Below are positions 1-8,778 of a stretch of 51,713 nucleotides of DNA, in pieces. Position numbers and translations under genes: made by a program. Source of the stretch: Clostridia bacterium (GTDB lineage Bacteria > Bacillota > Clostridia > Oscillospirales > CAG-272); assembly GCA_017455975.1 (NCBI GenBank), contig JAFTLK010000395.1:1-51713 (forward strand), written 5' to 3'. The notes under the pieces are model-generated. The model saw only the letters and a list, made by a program, of their open reading frames with translations. It was not told where the DNA came from and did not search any database. Within the stretch, counting starts at the first letter, position 1. Every line of letters starts with the position of its first letter.

Positions 1-536
1 ACACAGTAATCGTTTGCCTGATAGATACGCCGTGCAGACCAGTTCGATGCTCCGAGCAGATTCAGCTCCCCGCGCGCGCAATGGCGGTTCAGCGCGTCCA
101 TGATGACAGCAACAGGTACGTGTTCGTCATCCCTGTGCAGAAAATAAAGATCCACACACGCGGTCTTCAGATTGACAAGGCTTTCGCTCACATCTGCATC
201 GATACATGCCGCGTTGACACGCGGTGTGCTCGTTGAGGGCAGCGGATGCGCGCCTTTGGTCGAGGTCACGGTTTTCGCACGGTTGCCGCCCTGCTCCAGC
301 CACATCCCATAGATAATCTCGCTGTAGGAGGCCTGTGTATCATCGACCCACTTACCGTAGACAAGGGCCGTATCGATGAAATTACCGCCGGCTGCGGTAA
401 AACGCTCCAGCTGTTCAAAGTTCTGTTCTTTTTTATCATATCCGCCGAATTTGGCAATGCCGAGGGCGAGATCCGAAACATGCAGCGCCTGTGCGCCTGT
501 TCCGACAAATTGGCTTTCAATGGTAATCTGTTTCAT
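1..536 (-). CDS. Aldo/keto reductase (3' end runs off the window)
   Basis: Translated by hand because it is absent from the ORF track. ATG at 536 gives MKQITIESQF...LALGIAKFGG...GGNFIDTALVYG...TSTKGAHP...SLVNLKTACVDLYFLHRDD...LGASNWS, with the AKR motifs IDTAxxYG, catalytic Lys (STK) and DLYxLH. The frame stays open to position 1. Confidence 0.9.
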   Translation of the reverse strand, partial: MKQITIESQFVGTGAQALHVSDLALGIAKFGGYDKKEQNFEQLERFTAAGGNFIDTALVYGKWVDDTQASYSEIIYGMWLEQGGNRAKTVTSTKGAHPLPSTSTPRVNAACIDADVSESLVNLKTACVDLYFLHRDDEHVPVAVIMDALNRHCARGELNLLGASNWSARRIYQANDYC

Positions 537-551
537 ATCTGCTCCGTTCTG

Positions 552-1592
552 TCAATTGACTTCCTTCTGGATCCATGCACTGCGCATACGGATCGCAAGG
601 CCGCGGTACGCATGGCGGACACCGGTTTCCAGGATCCGGATCTGCGGCAGCTCCTCTTCGGCAAAGCCGGCAACACGGCAGATACGGCTGACCAGCGGTG
701 CACGATACTGCTCCATTTTTCCACCGGTGCAATTTTCAATGAGAACAATATCCGGATCAAACAGCGCGATCTCATACGCAAGTGCACGCGCCAGCTCCGC
801 AACGGTTTCATCGCGCAGACCTCTCTGTTCAAACAGCGCCTGCAGCGTTCCGTTGGCTTCCGTCAGCACACGTCCGATGTCGCCGGCGTATGCCTGCCGC
901 CCGTGCAGGATCTCCCCGCCGGAAATCAGCGCACCGGAAATGGTCTCGCCGATGCAGACATAGGCTACGCTGTTGATCGATTCTTTTTCTAGATCTGCAA
1001 GATTGGATGCGGCCGCTGTCAGAACGTCCTTTTCCAGCGCGTCAACGGGACAGCGCAGGACATCCTCGATAATCGCACGCACATGCGTCTGTGCAAGCTC
1101 CGGCACGCGGGAAGACACAACGGTATCCGACTCCGGCACATAAGTACCCGGCAGAACAACGCCGATACCGGCGGCCTCCGCCATATCCAGTTTGCGCAGG
1201 ATGTAGATCTTGACGTTTTTCATGAAGATATAAAGGTTTTCTTCATAATAAAAATCGCCGTTGTATTCGTATGTGATCTTATCGACTATGTTGAGCGCAA
1301 TGTCCATGACCGTCATTGACATATTGCGTGAGGTCAGATCGATAATCATGAAAAACTTGTCTGTATTGAGGCTGACAAGTCCGGCTCGGCGGCCTGCCAT
1401 GTTCTTGATCTCCTTGGATTGGATGATGACATGGCGTTCGAGCAGTGCGTCTACCACCTTGCCGACCGTCATCAGCGAAAGTCCTGTGATCTCGGCGATT
1501 TCCGCGCGGCTGATCTGGTCCTTGCCTGTAATGGCATTGAAGATCGCACGGACACTTTCTTTTTTGATGCTGCTTAAATTGATGCGTTCCAA
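552..1592 (-). CDS. ROK-family transcriptional regulator (wHTH + ROK domain)
   Basis: N-terminal HTH (ISRAEIAEITGLSLMTVGKVVDALL), GRRA hinge, GIGVVLPG and GALISGGEILHG..AGDIG. Start moved from ORF-track 1703 to TTG at 1592, which has a GGAGG RBS. Confidence 0.85.
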   Translation of the reverse strand: MERINLSSIKKESVRAIFNAITGKDQISRAEIAEITGLSLMTVGKVVDALLERHVIIQSKEIKNMAGRRAGLVSLNTDKFFMIIDLTSRNMSMTVMDIALNIVDKITYEYNGDFYYEENLYIFMKNVKIYILRKLDMAEAAGIGVVLPGTYVPESDTVVSSRVPELAQTHVRAIIEDVLRCPVDALEKDVLTAAASNLADLEKESINSVAYVCIGETISGALISGGEILHGRQAYAGDIGRVLTEANGTLQALFEQRGLRDETVAELARALAYEIALFDPDIVLIENCTGGKMEQYRAPLVSRICRVAGFAEEELPQIRILETGVRHAYRGLAIRMRSAWIQKEVN

Positions 1593-1738
1593 TGGTTCCT
1601 CCCTCTCTGTTCCGCATATATGGACGCAGAACCGGCGAAAAAAGCGGTGCCGCAGGTAAATTCTTAACCGCACCGCATAAAAAATGCTATGCGCCGCACG
1701 CATAACATTTATTAAAATTTCATCTTGTTTGTATAATA

Positions 1739-1767
1739 ATTATACTCCGTTTTTGGCTGTTTGTCAA
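1739..1767 (-). promoter_or_regulatory. Sigma-A promoter for ROK/AKR genes
   Basis: Minus strand reads TTGACA-17 nt-TATAAT, a perfect consensus. Confidence 0.8.
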
Positions 1768-1863
1768 GTGCTTTTCTAAACAGAATTGAAAAAATATCCT
1801 CGGGGCTGATTCCGGCCATCCCCGCATCAGAGGAAAATAAAGCAAAAAATCTTCTGATTATGC

Positions 1864-1892
1864 TTGCAATTCCGACTCCTTTCTGCTATAAT
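1864..1892 (+). promoter_or_regulatory. Sigma-A promoter for the glycan-utilisation operon
   Basis: TTGCAA-17 nt-TATAAT with extended -10 TG, about 40 nt upstream of ATG 1933. Confidence 0.75.
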
Positions 1893-1932
1893 GAAAACAA
1901 TAAACATATCGGTTATGGGAGGTACTTCTCTT

Positions 1933-3468
1933 ATGAAAAAAAGACAGATCATCAATATTATCAACTTCATCCGCGCTGTTGAACCACGTCTGCCGATGGA
2001 TCTCATCGAGCCTGTACGCGAGCAGATTGCACTGATGAAAAAACACAATCTGCGCGGTACATTTCTTTTGCAGTATGATGCCATGCTCGTCCCGGAGATC
2101 GTGGATATGCTGAAAGCCCTTGATCCCACGCAGTTCGAGCTCGGCGTCTGGCATGAGATCGTTCAGCCCGAGGTTGAGTCGGTCGGCATCCCGTGGACCG
2201 GTCGCTATCCGTGGGACTGGCACGCACACTGCGGCTTCTCCGTCGGTTATACCAAGGAACAGCGCGAACGCCTCTGCGACGCCCTGTTTGAAAAGTTCCG
2301 CGAACTTTTCGGCGTGTATCCGCGCGTATTCGGCTCGTGGTTCTTCGATTCCCACACGGTCCGTTATCTGTGTGATACCTACGGTCTTGATGCACTCTGC
2401 AACTGCAAGGAACAGTACGGCACCGACGGCTATACACTCTGGGGCGGCTATTACGGACAGGGCTACTATCCCTCCCGCACAAACTGCTTCATGCCGGCAC
2501 AGACAAAAGAAGAACAGCTTGATGCCCCGCTGTTCCGTATGCTTGGCTCCGACCATGTCTATCAGTACGACTTCGGCATGAGTCTTGAGGAAGGCGCAAA
2601 GACGCAGGGCGTTATCACGCTCGAGCCCGTTTACACAAACAACACGGGTGGCGGCGGTGTCCCGAAATGGGTCGACTGGTATCTGCAGGAAAACTACAAC
2701 GGCGACTGTCTGTCCTTCGGCTATGCACAGGCAGGACAGGAAAACGCCTTTGGCTGGAAGGCAATGAAGGACGGTCTGACTTATCAGTTTGCAGAATTTG
2801 AGAAGCTGCAGAACGAAGGAAAGATCGAGGTTGAACCCATGGGCGAGACCGGACGCTGGTTCAAGCAGACCTATGCAGAGACCCCGGCATCTGCCATCAC
2901 CGCACACAATGCCTTTGACGATGACGATAAAACCTCGGTCTGGTTCTCCAATCAATATTTCCGCATCAACACCTATGCAGTCGGCAATGCACTCCGCATC
3001 CGCGACCTGCACGTCTTCTCCGAGCACTATCCGGATCCGTTTGAAGACACGGTTTGTGAAAGCAACGAAGCGGTTTACGAAACACTTCCGCTGATCGACG
3101 GCAACCGCCATACCGGACACGGCATCCTCGCAGGCGGCTATTTCCTCGATGCCGTTGGCGCTGAAATCGCCTGTGAAAAGATGCAGTTTGAAGATCTCGG
3201 CGGCGGCAGTATGCGCCTGACCTATGCGCCGATCACCGTCACCGTCCATGACAATATCATCCGCATCGAGGGTCCCGCATCCTTTGCACTGGAGCTGCGC
3301 CGCGGCTCATCCGACCATCTCCCGACACTTACCGCATCCACATCGGATACCCTCTCCTTCTCCTACAACGGCACAGCATACCGCGTTGCGCTGCGCGCCG
3401 GCACATTTGCATCCGAACACCGTATTGACAGCACCGACGGCATCATTGAAGCAGAAATCTTATCATAA
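1933..3468 (+). CDS. Hypothetical protein, probable glycoside hydrolase/deacetylase (beta/alpha)7-barrel superfamily
   Basis: Long ORF with genome-typical codons. Start placed at MKKRQIINIINFIR after a GGGAGG RBS. GTFLLQYD, ELGVWHEI and YPRVFGSW resemble NodB/GH57-like barrel strands. No signal peptide. Confidence 0.6.
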   Translation: MKKRQIINIINFIRAVEPRLPMDLIEPVREQIALMKKHNLRGTFLLQYDAMLVPEIVDMLKALDPTQFELGVWHEIVQPEVESVGIPWTGRYPWDWHAHCGFSVGYTKEQRERLCDALFEKFRELFGVYPRVFGSWFFDSHTVRYLCDTYGLDALCNCKEQYGTDGYTLWGGYYGQGYYPSRTNCFMPAQTKEEQLDAPLFRMLGSDHVYQYDFGMSLEEGAKTQGVITLEPVYTNNTGGGGVPKWVDWYLQENYNGDCLSFGYAQAGQENAFGWKAMKDGLTYQFAEFEKLQNEGKIEVEPMGETGRWFKQTYAETPASAITAHNAFDDDDKTSVWFSNQYFRINTYAVGNALRIRDLHVFSEHYPDPFEDTVCESNEAVYETLPLIDGNRHTGHGILAGGYFLDAVGAEIACEKMQFEDLGGGSMRLTYAPITVTVHDNIIRIEGPASFALELRRGSSDHLPTLTASTSDTLSFSYNGTAYRVALRAGTFASEHRIDSTDGIIEAEILS

Positions 3469-3498
3469 ATAAATCGCTTTTATAAAAGGAGTTTAATT

Positions 3499-4983
3499 AT
3501 GAAGCGCTCAGTAATTTTCGCACAAACGGCACTTCTGCTCGCTGCACTGCTGATCTCCTGCGGCGACAGCACCAAAACTGCCGCCGATACAACATCGACC
3601 GTCACCACGCCCGTGACAGAAGCAACGGAAACGACCGTCGACGACGGACGGCTCCCCGCACCTGCGATTGTCGATATGAACGGAGCAGAGCTGCGCATCC
3701 TCAATTCCACCCCGGAATCCTTCAACTGGGCAACGACGACCATCCTCGTCGAGGAAGCGGACGGTGACATCCTCAACGATGCGCTGTTCAACCGCGAACG
3801 CACGGTCGAGGAGCTTTACAACTGCTCCATCGTCGAGGTCCCGGAAGCAAACGCCGATATGGAAAAAAAGATTCCGAATGCCGTTGCGGCCGGCGACAAA
3901 TACTTCGACACCGCAATGCTGTTCGACGCAAGAGTTTCGACGATTCTGCTCAAGGACTGCCTGATGTCATGGGATGAGATCAAGAGCCTCGATCTGTCCA
4001 ATCCGTGGTGGGACAACGCGGCAACCGCGGAATACAACTTCGGCGGTATTCAGGCAGCCGTTTCCGGTGCTTACTCGCTTTACAACTACTCCACGCGCCA
4101 TGTCTACGTCTTCAACAACAAGATGATGGCAGAGCTGGATGTCGACGATGATATCTACGAAATGGTCCGTGAAGGCAAGTGGACCGTCGACGAGATGTAC
4201 CGTCTCGGCGAGATGGCGGTGTCTGATCTGAACGGCGACGGTGTCATGAAGGAAACCGATGACCGCTACGGCATCATCGGTACACCGACACGCCATTACA
4301 GTGCGCTTCTGATGGGCTCCGATGTTCGCTACATTGACCGTGACAAGGACGGTGCACTGTACTTTGCCATCGACGGCAACGAATATGCGCAGTCGGTCAT
4401 GGCAAAGTTCGTTGCACTCGACCTTGCAAACAAGGACATCTTCACCAATAAGTTAGCCGACATCAACGTCGATGTCGATACCGTCTTCACCGACGGACGT
4501 GCGATGTTCTGTGCGGCTTATGTCGGTGAGGCAGCAAAGATGCGCGGACTGGAATTTGATATCGGCTTTGTTCCCGCACCGAAATTTGATGAGGGGCAGG
4601 AGAGCTATCATTCTCTCGTTGAGGGCGGTGCGCAGTCGATTCTGCCGCGCATGCTTGACGAGGATGACCTGACCCGCGTCGGTACGATTCTCGATGCCTT
4701 TGCGTACTATTCCTATTACGAATCGATTCCTGCCTACATCGATGTTCTGCTCATGGGCAAGGTCGCGCGCAACGAGGACTCCGAGGAAATGCTGCAGCTC
4801 GTCTTTGACACATCGGCATATGACCTCGGCACCGGCATCTGGTCCGCAGACACCAAGAACAAATACGTCAGCACGATCTTCGAGGTTTCCAAAACCGACA
4901 TTGCTTCCCGAACCGAAAAGATCACCTCCGGCATCGAAAAACAGCTGGAAAAATTCATGACTGCACTGGATGATCTGAGCTGA
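3499..4983 (+). CDS. Extracellular solute-binding lipoprotein (carbohydrate ABC type)
   Basis: Lipobox LLISC, Thr-rich linker, AGDxxYD/FD, PWW, GKWTVD, DLNGDG and GFVPAPKFDE motifs. Confidence 0.85.
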   Translation: MKRSVIFAQTALLLAALLISCGDSTKTAADTTSTVTTPVTEATETTVDDGRLPAPAIVDMNGAELRILNSTPESFNWATTTILVEEADGDILNDALFNRERTVEELYNCSIVEVPEANADMEKKIPNAVAAGDKYFDTAMLFDARVSTILLKDCLMSWDEIKSLDLSNPWWDNAATAEYNFGGIQAAVSGAYSLYNYSTRHVYVFNNKMMAELDVDDDIYEMVREGKWTVDEMYRLGEMAVSDLNGDGVMKETDDRYGIIGTPTRHYSALLMGSDVRYIDRDKDGALYFAIDGNEYAQSVMAKFVALDLANKDIFTNKLADINVDVDTVFTDGRAMFCAAYVGEAAKMRGLEFDIGFVPAPKFDEGQESYHSLVEGGAQSILPRMLDEDDLTRVGTILDAFAYYSYYESIPAYIDVLLMGKVARNEDSEEMLQLVFDTSAYDLGTGIWSADTKNKYVSTIFEVSKTDIASRTEKITSGIEKQLEKFMTALDDLS

Positions 4984-5005
4984 CCGCCGAGAAAGGAGAA
5001 CCGCC

Positions 5006-7003
5006 ATGTATTCAGGGCATGTATACAACAAAGTGGCAAACGAACCGATCGCGGGCTTACGTGTCAGCGACGGATTGAACATCGCCGTCACCGATGCTGA
5101 CGGTGCATTTTCCCTGCCCGGCTGGGAACGCGCGCATGTCATCGCGGTGCAGTGCCTGACCAACGCACACGATGACTGGTATGCGCTGATCGACGGTCAC
5201 GCGGGAGAATATGATTTTTACATTACCCCGGCGGAAGCACCCGCCGATCACCGCTTTTTCCATATCAGTGATTCGGAAATTGAAAACGTGGAAGAAGCCG
5301 GTATCTGGCTGCCGTTTGTCAAAAAGCAGATTACCGAACATCCTGCCGCATTTCTCATGCATACAGGCGACATCTGCCGCATTGAAGGTCTGGAATCGCA
5401 CTACATTGCGATGAATTACGACGTGCTCGGGATTCCCGTGCGCTACTGTCTTGGCAACCACGACTATGTTGATGACCGGTACGGTGACTATTCCTTTGAG
5501 CGGTATTACGGTCCGACATGGTATTCCTTTGATCTCGGAAATACGCATTACATCGTTCTGCCGATGCGCGGCGGCGATGCGCCGAGTGCCTATTCGCAGG
5601 ATGACATCAACCGCTGGATTTACAACGATGTGCGTGCAAAGGATCCGGACAAATCGCTGGTGCTGTTCTGTCATACCCACGCGCCCGACGAAGACACCTT
5701 CGTTTATGAGGTTGACGGTATCACCTTCGATCTGCGCGATTACGGACTGCTGGCATGGGTCTTCGGTCACTACCATATCAACTGGGTGACCGATCTCAGC
5801 GGGTACTATAACATCTGCACCTCACGTCCCGACTGCGGCGGCATCGACTCCTCGCCGACCGCGATCCGTTCCATTGAGGTCTTCGGCGATCATACGCTGA
5901 AGACAACCCTGCACTACAACGATCTGTCCAAGGCCGCACCGGCGGACGATGCCCTATGGGACACAAAGCTGCCAGGTCATGTGATGTACGCAAATCCCCT
6001 GCCGGATAACGGCAGACTGTACATCTCCACCTGCTGTGACGAATATCCCTTTGATGCGGGACTGTACTGTCTGAATCCCGAAAACGGCGATATTCTCTGG
6101 TCGTACAAGCCGTATGCCGGACTCAAAAATGTTCCCTCCATCGACGGCGGCATCATTTTCGCGCAGGATACCTTTGGTTGGGTATACGCGTTGAAGGCAG
6201 ATACGGGTGAGCTTGTCTGGAAACAGCTCGCTCCCGTCAACTGGGGACATCATACAGAAAACGGTGTTCTTGCAGCAGAGGGCAAGGTCTTTTGCGGATG
6301 CGGCAGAAAGGTCGTCACACTTTCCCAGAAGGACGGTTCTCTTCTGTGGATCGGCGAACCGAGCATTTCCTCAGAGGACTGCCCCGCACGCTTTGTGCTC
6401 GCCCATGACAACGGTCGTTCCGTGCTGCTTGCCTGCCGTCAGTGGCGGCACATTTACGCACTCGACGCTGAAACGGGAGAAACCCTCTGGCGCACCTCCG
6501 AGCCGCGATACTTCACGGGCACCCCGCTCGTTGTCGGCGACAAAATCTATCTGCACGCCAAGAACAACCTGTTCCGTCTGCGTCTGTCCGACGGTCAGAT
6601 CGATCAGAAATTCTCGCCCGACGAAACCGTCTGCCTCAATACCGCCATGCAGAGTGTCCTCCGTGACGGTGTGCTGTATACCGCAACAGCCGACCGCGGC
6701 ATGCTGGCATCCGACTTTGAAACCTTTGCAACAATCCGCAGCTATCCCGTCGGTCCGACCCTCTGCCCGATGGCAATGTACCGTCGGCACGATTCCCATG
6801 AATGTGAATCCGCACCGATTTTCTGCGATGACCGGATTCTGTTCACTTCACCCGACGGCTATCTGCACATCTATATGATTGAAACCGCCAAAGAAGTGCG
6901 GAAGATCTCGCTCGGCGCACCGTGCTATGTCGATCCCGTACAGGTCGGAAACACCGTCATCTGCGCCGACTTCTGCGGTCATGTCCGCGCTTATTCTCTG
7001 TAA
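5006..7003 (+). CDS. Calcineurin-like metallophosphoesterase fused to a PQQ-like beta-propeller
   Basis: N-terminal VSDG..AVTDADGAF segment. Metal motifs ISDSE, TGDI, GNHD, CHTH and GHYH. C-terminal repeats such as YALKADTGELVWK and YALDAETGETLWR. Confidence 0.85.
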   Translation: MYSGHVYNKVANEPIAGLRVSDGLNIAVTDADGAFSLPGWERAHVIAVQCLTNAHDDWYALIDGHAGEYDFYITPAEAPADHRFFHISDSEIENVEEAGIWLPFVKKQITEHPAAFLMHTGDICRIEGLESHYIAMNYDVLGIPVRYCLGNHDYVDDRYGDYSFERYYGPTWYSFDLGNTHYIVLPMRGGDAPSAYSQDDINRWIYNDVRAKDPDKSLVLFCHTHAPDEDTFVYEVDGITFDLRDYGLLAWVFGHYHINWVTDLSGYYNICTSRPDCGGIDSSPTAIRSIEVFGDHTLKTTLHYNDLSKAAPADDALWDTKLPGHVMYANPLPDNGRLYISTCCDEYPFDAGLYCLNPENGDILWSYKPYAGLKNVPSIDGGIIFAQDTFGWVYALKADTGELVWKQLAPVNWGHHTENGVLAAEGKVFCGCGRKVVTLSQKDGSLLWIGEPSISSEDCPARFVLAHDNGRSVLLACRQWRHIYALDAETGETLWRTSEPRYFTGTPLVVGDKIYLHAKNNLFRLRLSDGQIDQKFSPDETVCLNTAMQSVLRDGVLYTATADRGMLASDFETFATIRSYPVGPTLCPMAMYRRHDSHECESAPIFCDDRILFTSPDGYLHIYMIETAKEVRKISLGAPCYVDPVQVGNTVICADFCGHVRAYSL

Positions 7004-7021
7004 TCAGAAAGGACTCCGCCA

Positions 7022-8656
7022 ATGTTTACTTATCTTCATTGCTACATGCCCGAAACGTGGGAGGCACAGCTGCACGCAGGTCTGATCCGTCCCGGCGACG
7101 GCATCCGCTTCTGTCAATCCTTGGACATCGACGAGCCGCTGAAATTCAACAATTTAGCAGCTGTGGACGGCGAGCTTTACAACTATGTCCGCGAGCACCG
7201 CTGTCCTCTGTACATCGACCGTCTGCAGGGCGGCTGCTTCCTTGAGGAATATCCCTACGACATGGCACTGGTGAACGAATACCGCACCATGCTCGGCGAC
7301 AAATTCTGGGGCTTCCAGATGCACGAATGGGGCTCCAACCTGCGCTCGGACTTCGGGAAGATCACCTCCAACAACTGCCCGGAATGGACAGCGGAAGCCA
7401 TTGAGGCAACCATTCGCCGCGCGTATCCGTATGAGCACACCTTTGTGGAGGCGATGAATGTCGAGGAATACGCTTCCCTCGGCGGCGTGCCGAAGACCTA
7501 TGAAGAATATCTCTCTGTCATGCAGAACCTGTTTGCAAAGCGGCAGGCATATGTCGGCGGGGACCTGCTTCCCTGCGACAGCTATTTCCAGGCGCAGAAG
7601 ATGGAAATCGATGCAGGGGCAAAGCGTCTGATGCCCGAAATCGGCGCGCAGACCCCAAATACCCGCATTCAGGTCGCCTATGCGCGCGGCATGGCACGTG
7701 CGGCAGGGATTCCGTTCGGCACCTACTATGAGCCGTGGGGCGGCAGTCCGTTCTCTGCCTGCTGCTATCAGCGCGACGGAAAGAACGAATGGAACATCAC
7801 AGGCGATTCCTTCCCGTTCAAGACAGCCGGCGGCAACGGCGGTTCTTCCCGCTCGATGCAATGGCGGATGCATCTGTACTCCTACATGGCAGGTGCATCG
7901 TTTATGGCAGAGGAATGGGGTATGTGCAACACATTCTTCGATTGGGAGAATTTCGAGCTGACCCCCTACGGACAGACAAAGAAGGACTTCCTCGATTTCG
8001 TTGACCGATATCCCGCCATCGGGGAGCCGGTCATTCCGGTCGCGGTGGTTCTGCCAAAGGACATGCCCGTCCTTGATATGGCACTGTCGCCGAACACCTA
8101 CCTCGGCTATCCGGTCGAGGGACAGTTCGCAAAGAATCTTGCCGCGGTGGTTGATGCACTCAAGCATCTGTTTGTCGATTCCGCGCCGATGCTCGGCTCG
8201 GAGACAACCAGTCTGCGCAACTACATGACCCCCGATGCCATCGACATCATCCACGAGGACAGCCCGACCGTGTGGCAGTACCCGGTTCTGGTCGACTGCA
8301 CCGGCAATCCCGCATTTGCCGCAGAACACAAACGCTCCATCGAATCGGCACGCGACGCACGCATGATGATGCGCGAGCTGCTTCCCATCCGACAGATGGG
8401 CGGCGCATCGATGCAGATCACCCGAAACCGTGCAACCGGCGAGCAGTATGTACTGCTTATGAACAACAGCGGTGTTGTCCGCTCGGTTGCCGACGGCGAA
8501 ACGTTCCTGCCCGAGGGCGACATCTGTGTCGGTCTGACGCTGTCCGGCGGCAAAACGCTGTGCAAACTTGAAGGCAACGGCTCCGTTGTCATGGGGGATG
8601 CGGATATGTATCACGTCACGATTCCCTCCGGCGGATGGTTTTTCGCAAAATTCTGA
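7022..8656 (+). CDS. Hypothetical protein, possible TIM-barrel glycoside hydrolase
   Basis: 544-aa ORF with an AGAAAGG RBS inside the operon. WGFQMHEW and LMPEIG Glu motifs, TPYG and PVAVVLP resemble GH42-like architecture. No signal peptide. Confidence 0.55.
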   Translation: MFTYLHCYMPETWEAQLHAGLIRPGDGIRFCQSLDIDEPLKFNNLAAVDGELYNYVREHRCPLYIDRLQGGCFLEEYPYDMALVNEYRTMLGDKFWGFQMHEWGSNLRSDFGKITSNNCPEWTAEAIEATIRRAYPYEHTFVEAMNVEEYASLGGVPKTYEEYLSVMQNLFAKRQAYVGGDLLPCDSYFQAQKMEIDAGAKRLMPEIGAQTPNTRIQVAYARGMARAAGIPFGTYYEPWGGSPFSACCYQRDGKNEWNITGDSFPFKTAGGNGGSSRSMQWRMHLYSYMAGASFMAEEWGMCNTFFDWENFELTPYGQTKKDFLDFVDRYPAIGEPVIPVAVVLPKDMPVLDMALSPNTYLGYPVEGQFAKNLAAVVDALKHLFVDSAPMLGSETTSLRNYMTPDAIDIIHEDSPTVWQYPVLVDCTGNPAFAAEHKRSIESARDARMMMRELLPIRQMGGASMQITRNRATGEQYVLLMNNSGVVRSVADGETFLPEGDICVGLTLSGGKTLCKLEGNGSVVMGDADMYHVTIPSGGWFFAKF

Positions 8657-8689
8657 TGAATCTTTTATGCAGAAATCCGGAATTGGTGC

Positions 8690-8718
8690 TTTACAATTCC
8701 GGATTTTTATGTTATAAT
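8690..8718 (+). promoter_or_regulatory. Internal sigma-A promoter upstream of the second SBP
   Basis: TTTACA-17 nt-TATAAT with extended -10 TG. It overlaps a 13-bp inverted repeat (8673-8706). Confidence 0.7.
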
Positions 8719-8778
8719 GATAAAAAAGGATGCCATCAGTGAACGATGTATCATCAAATCATGTAAAGGAGAACACTC

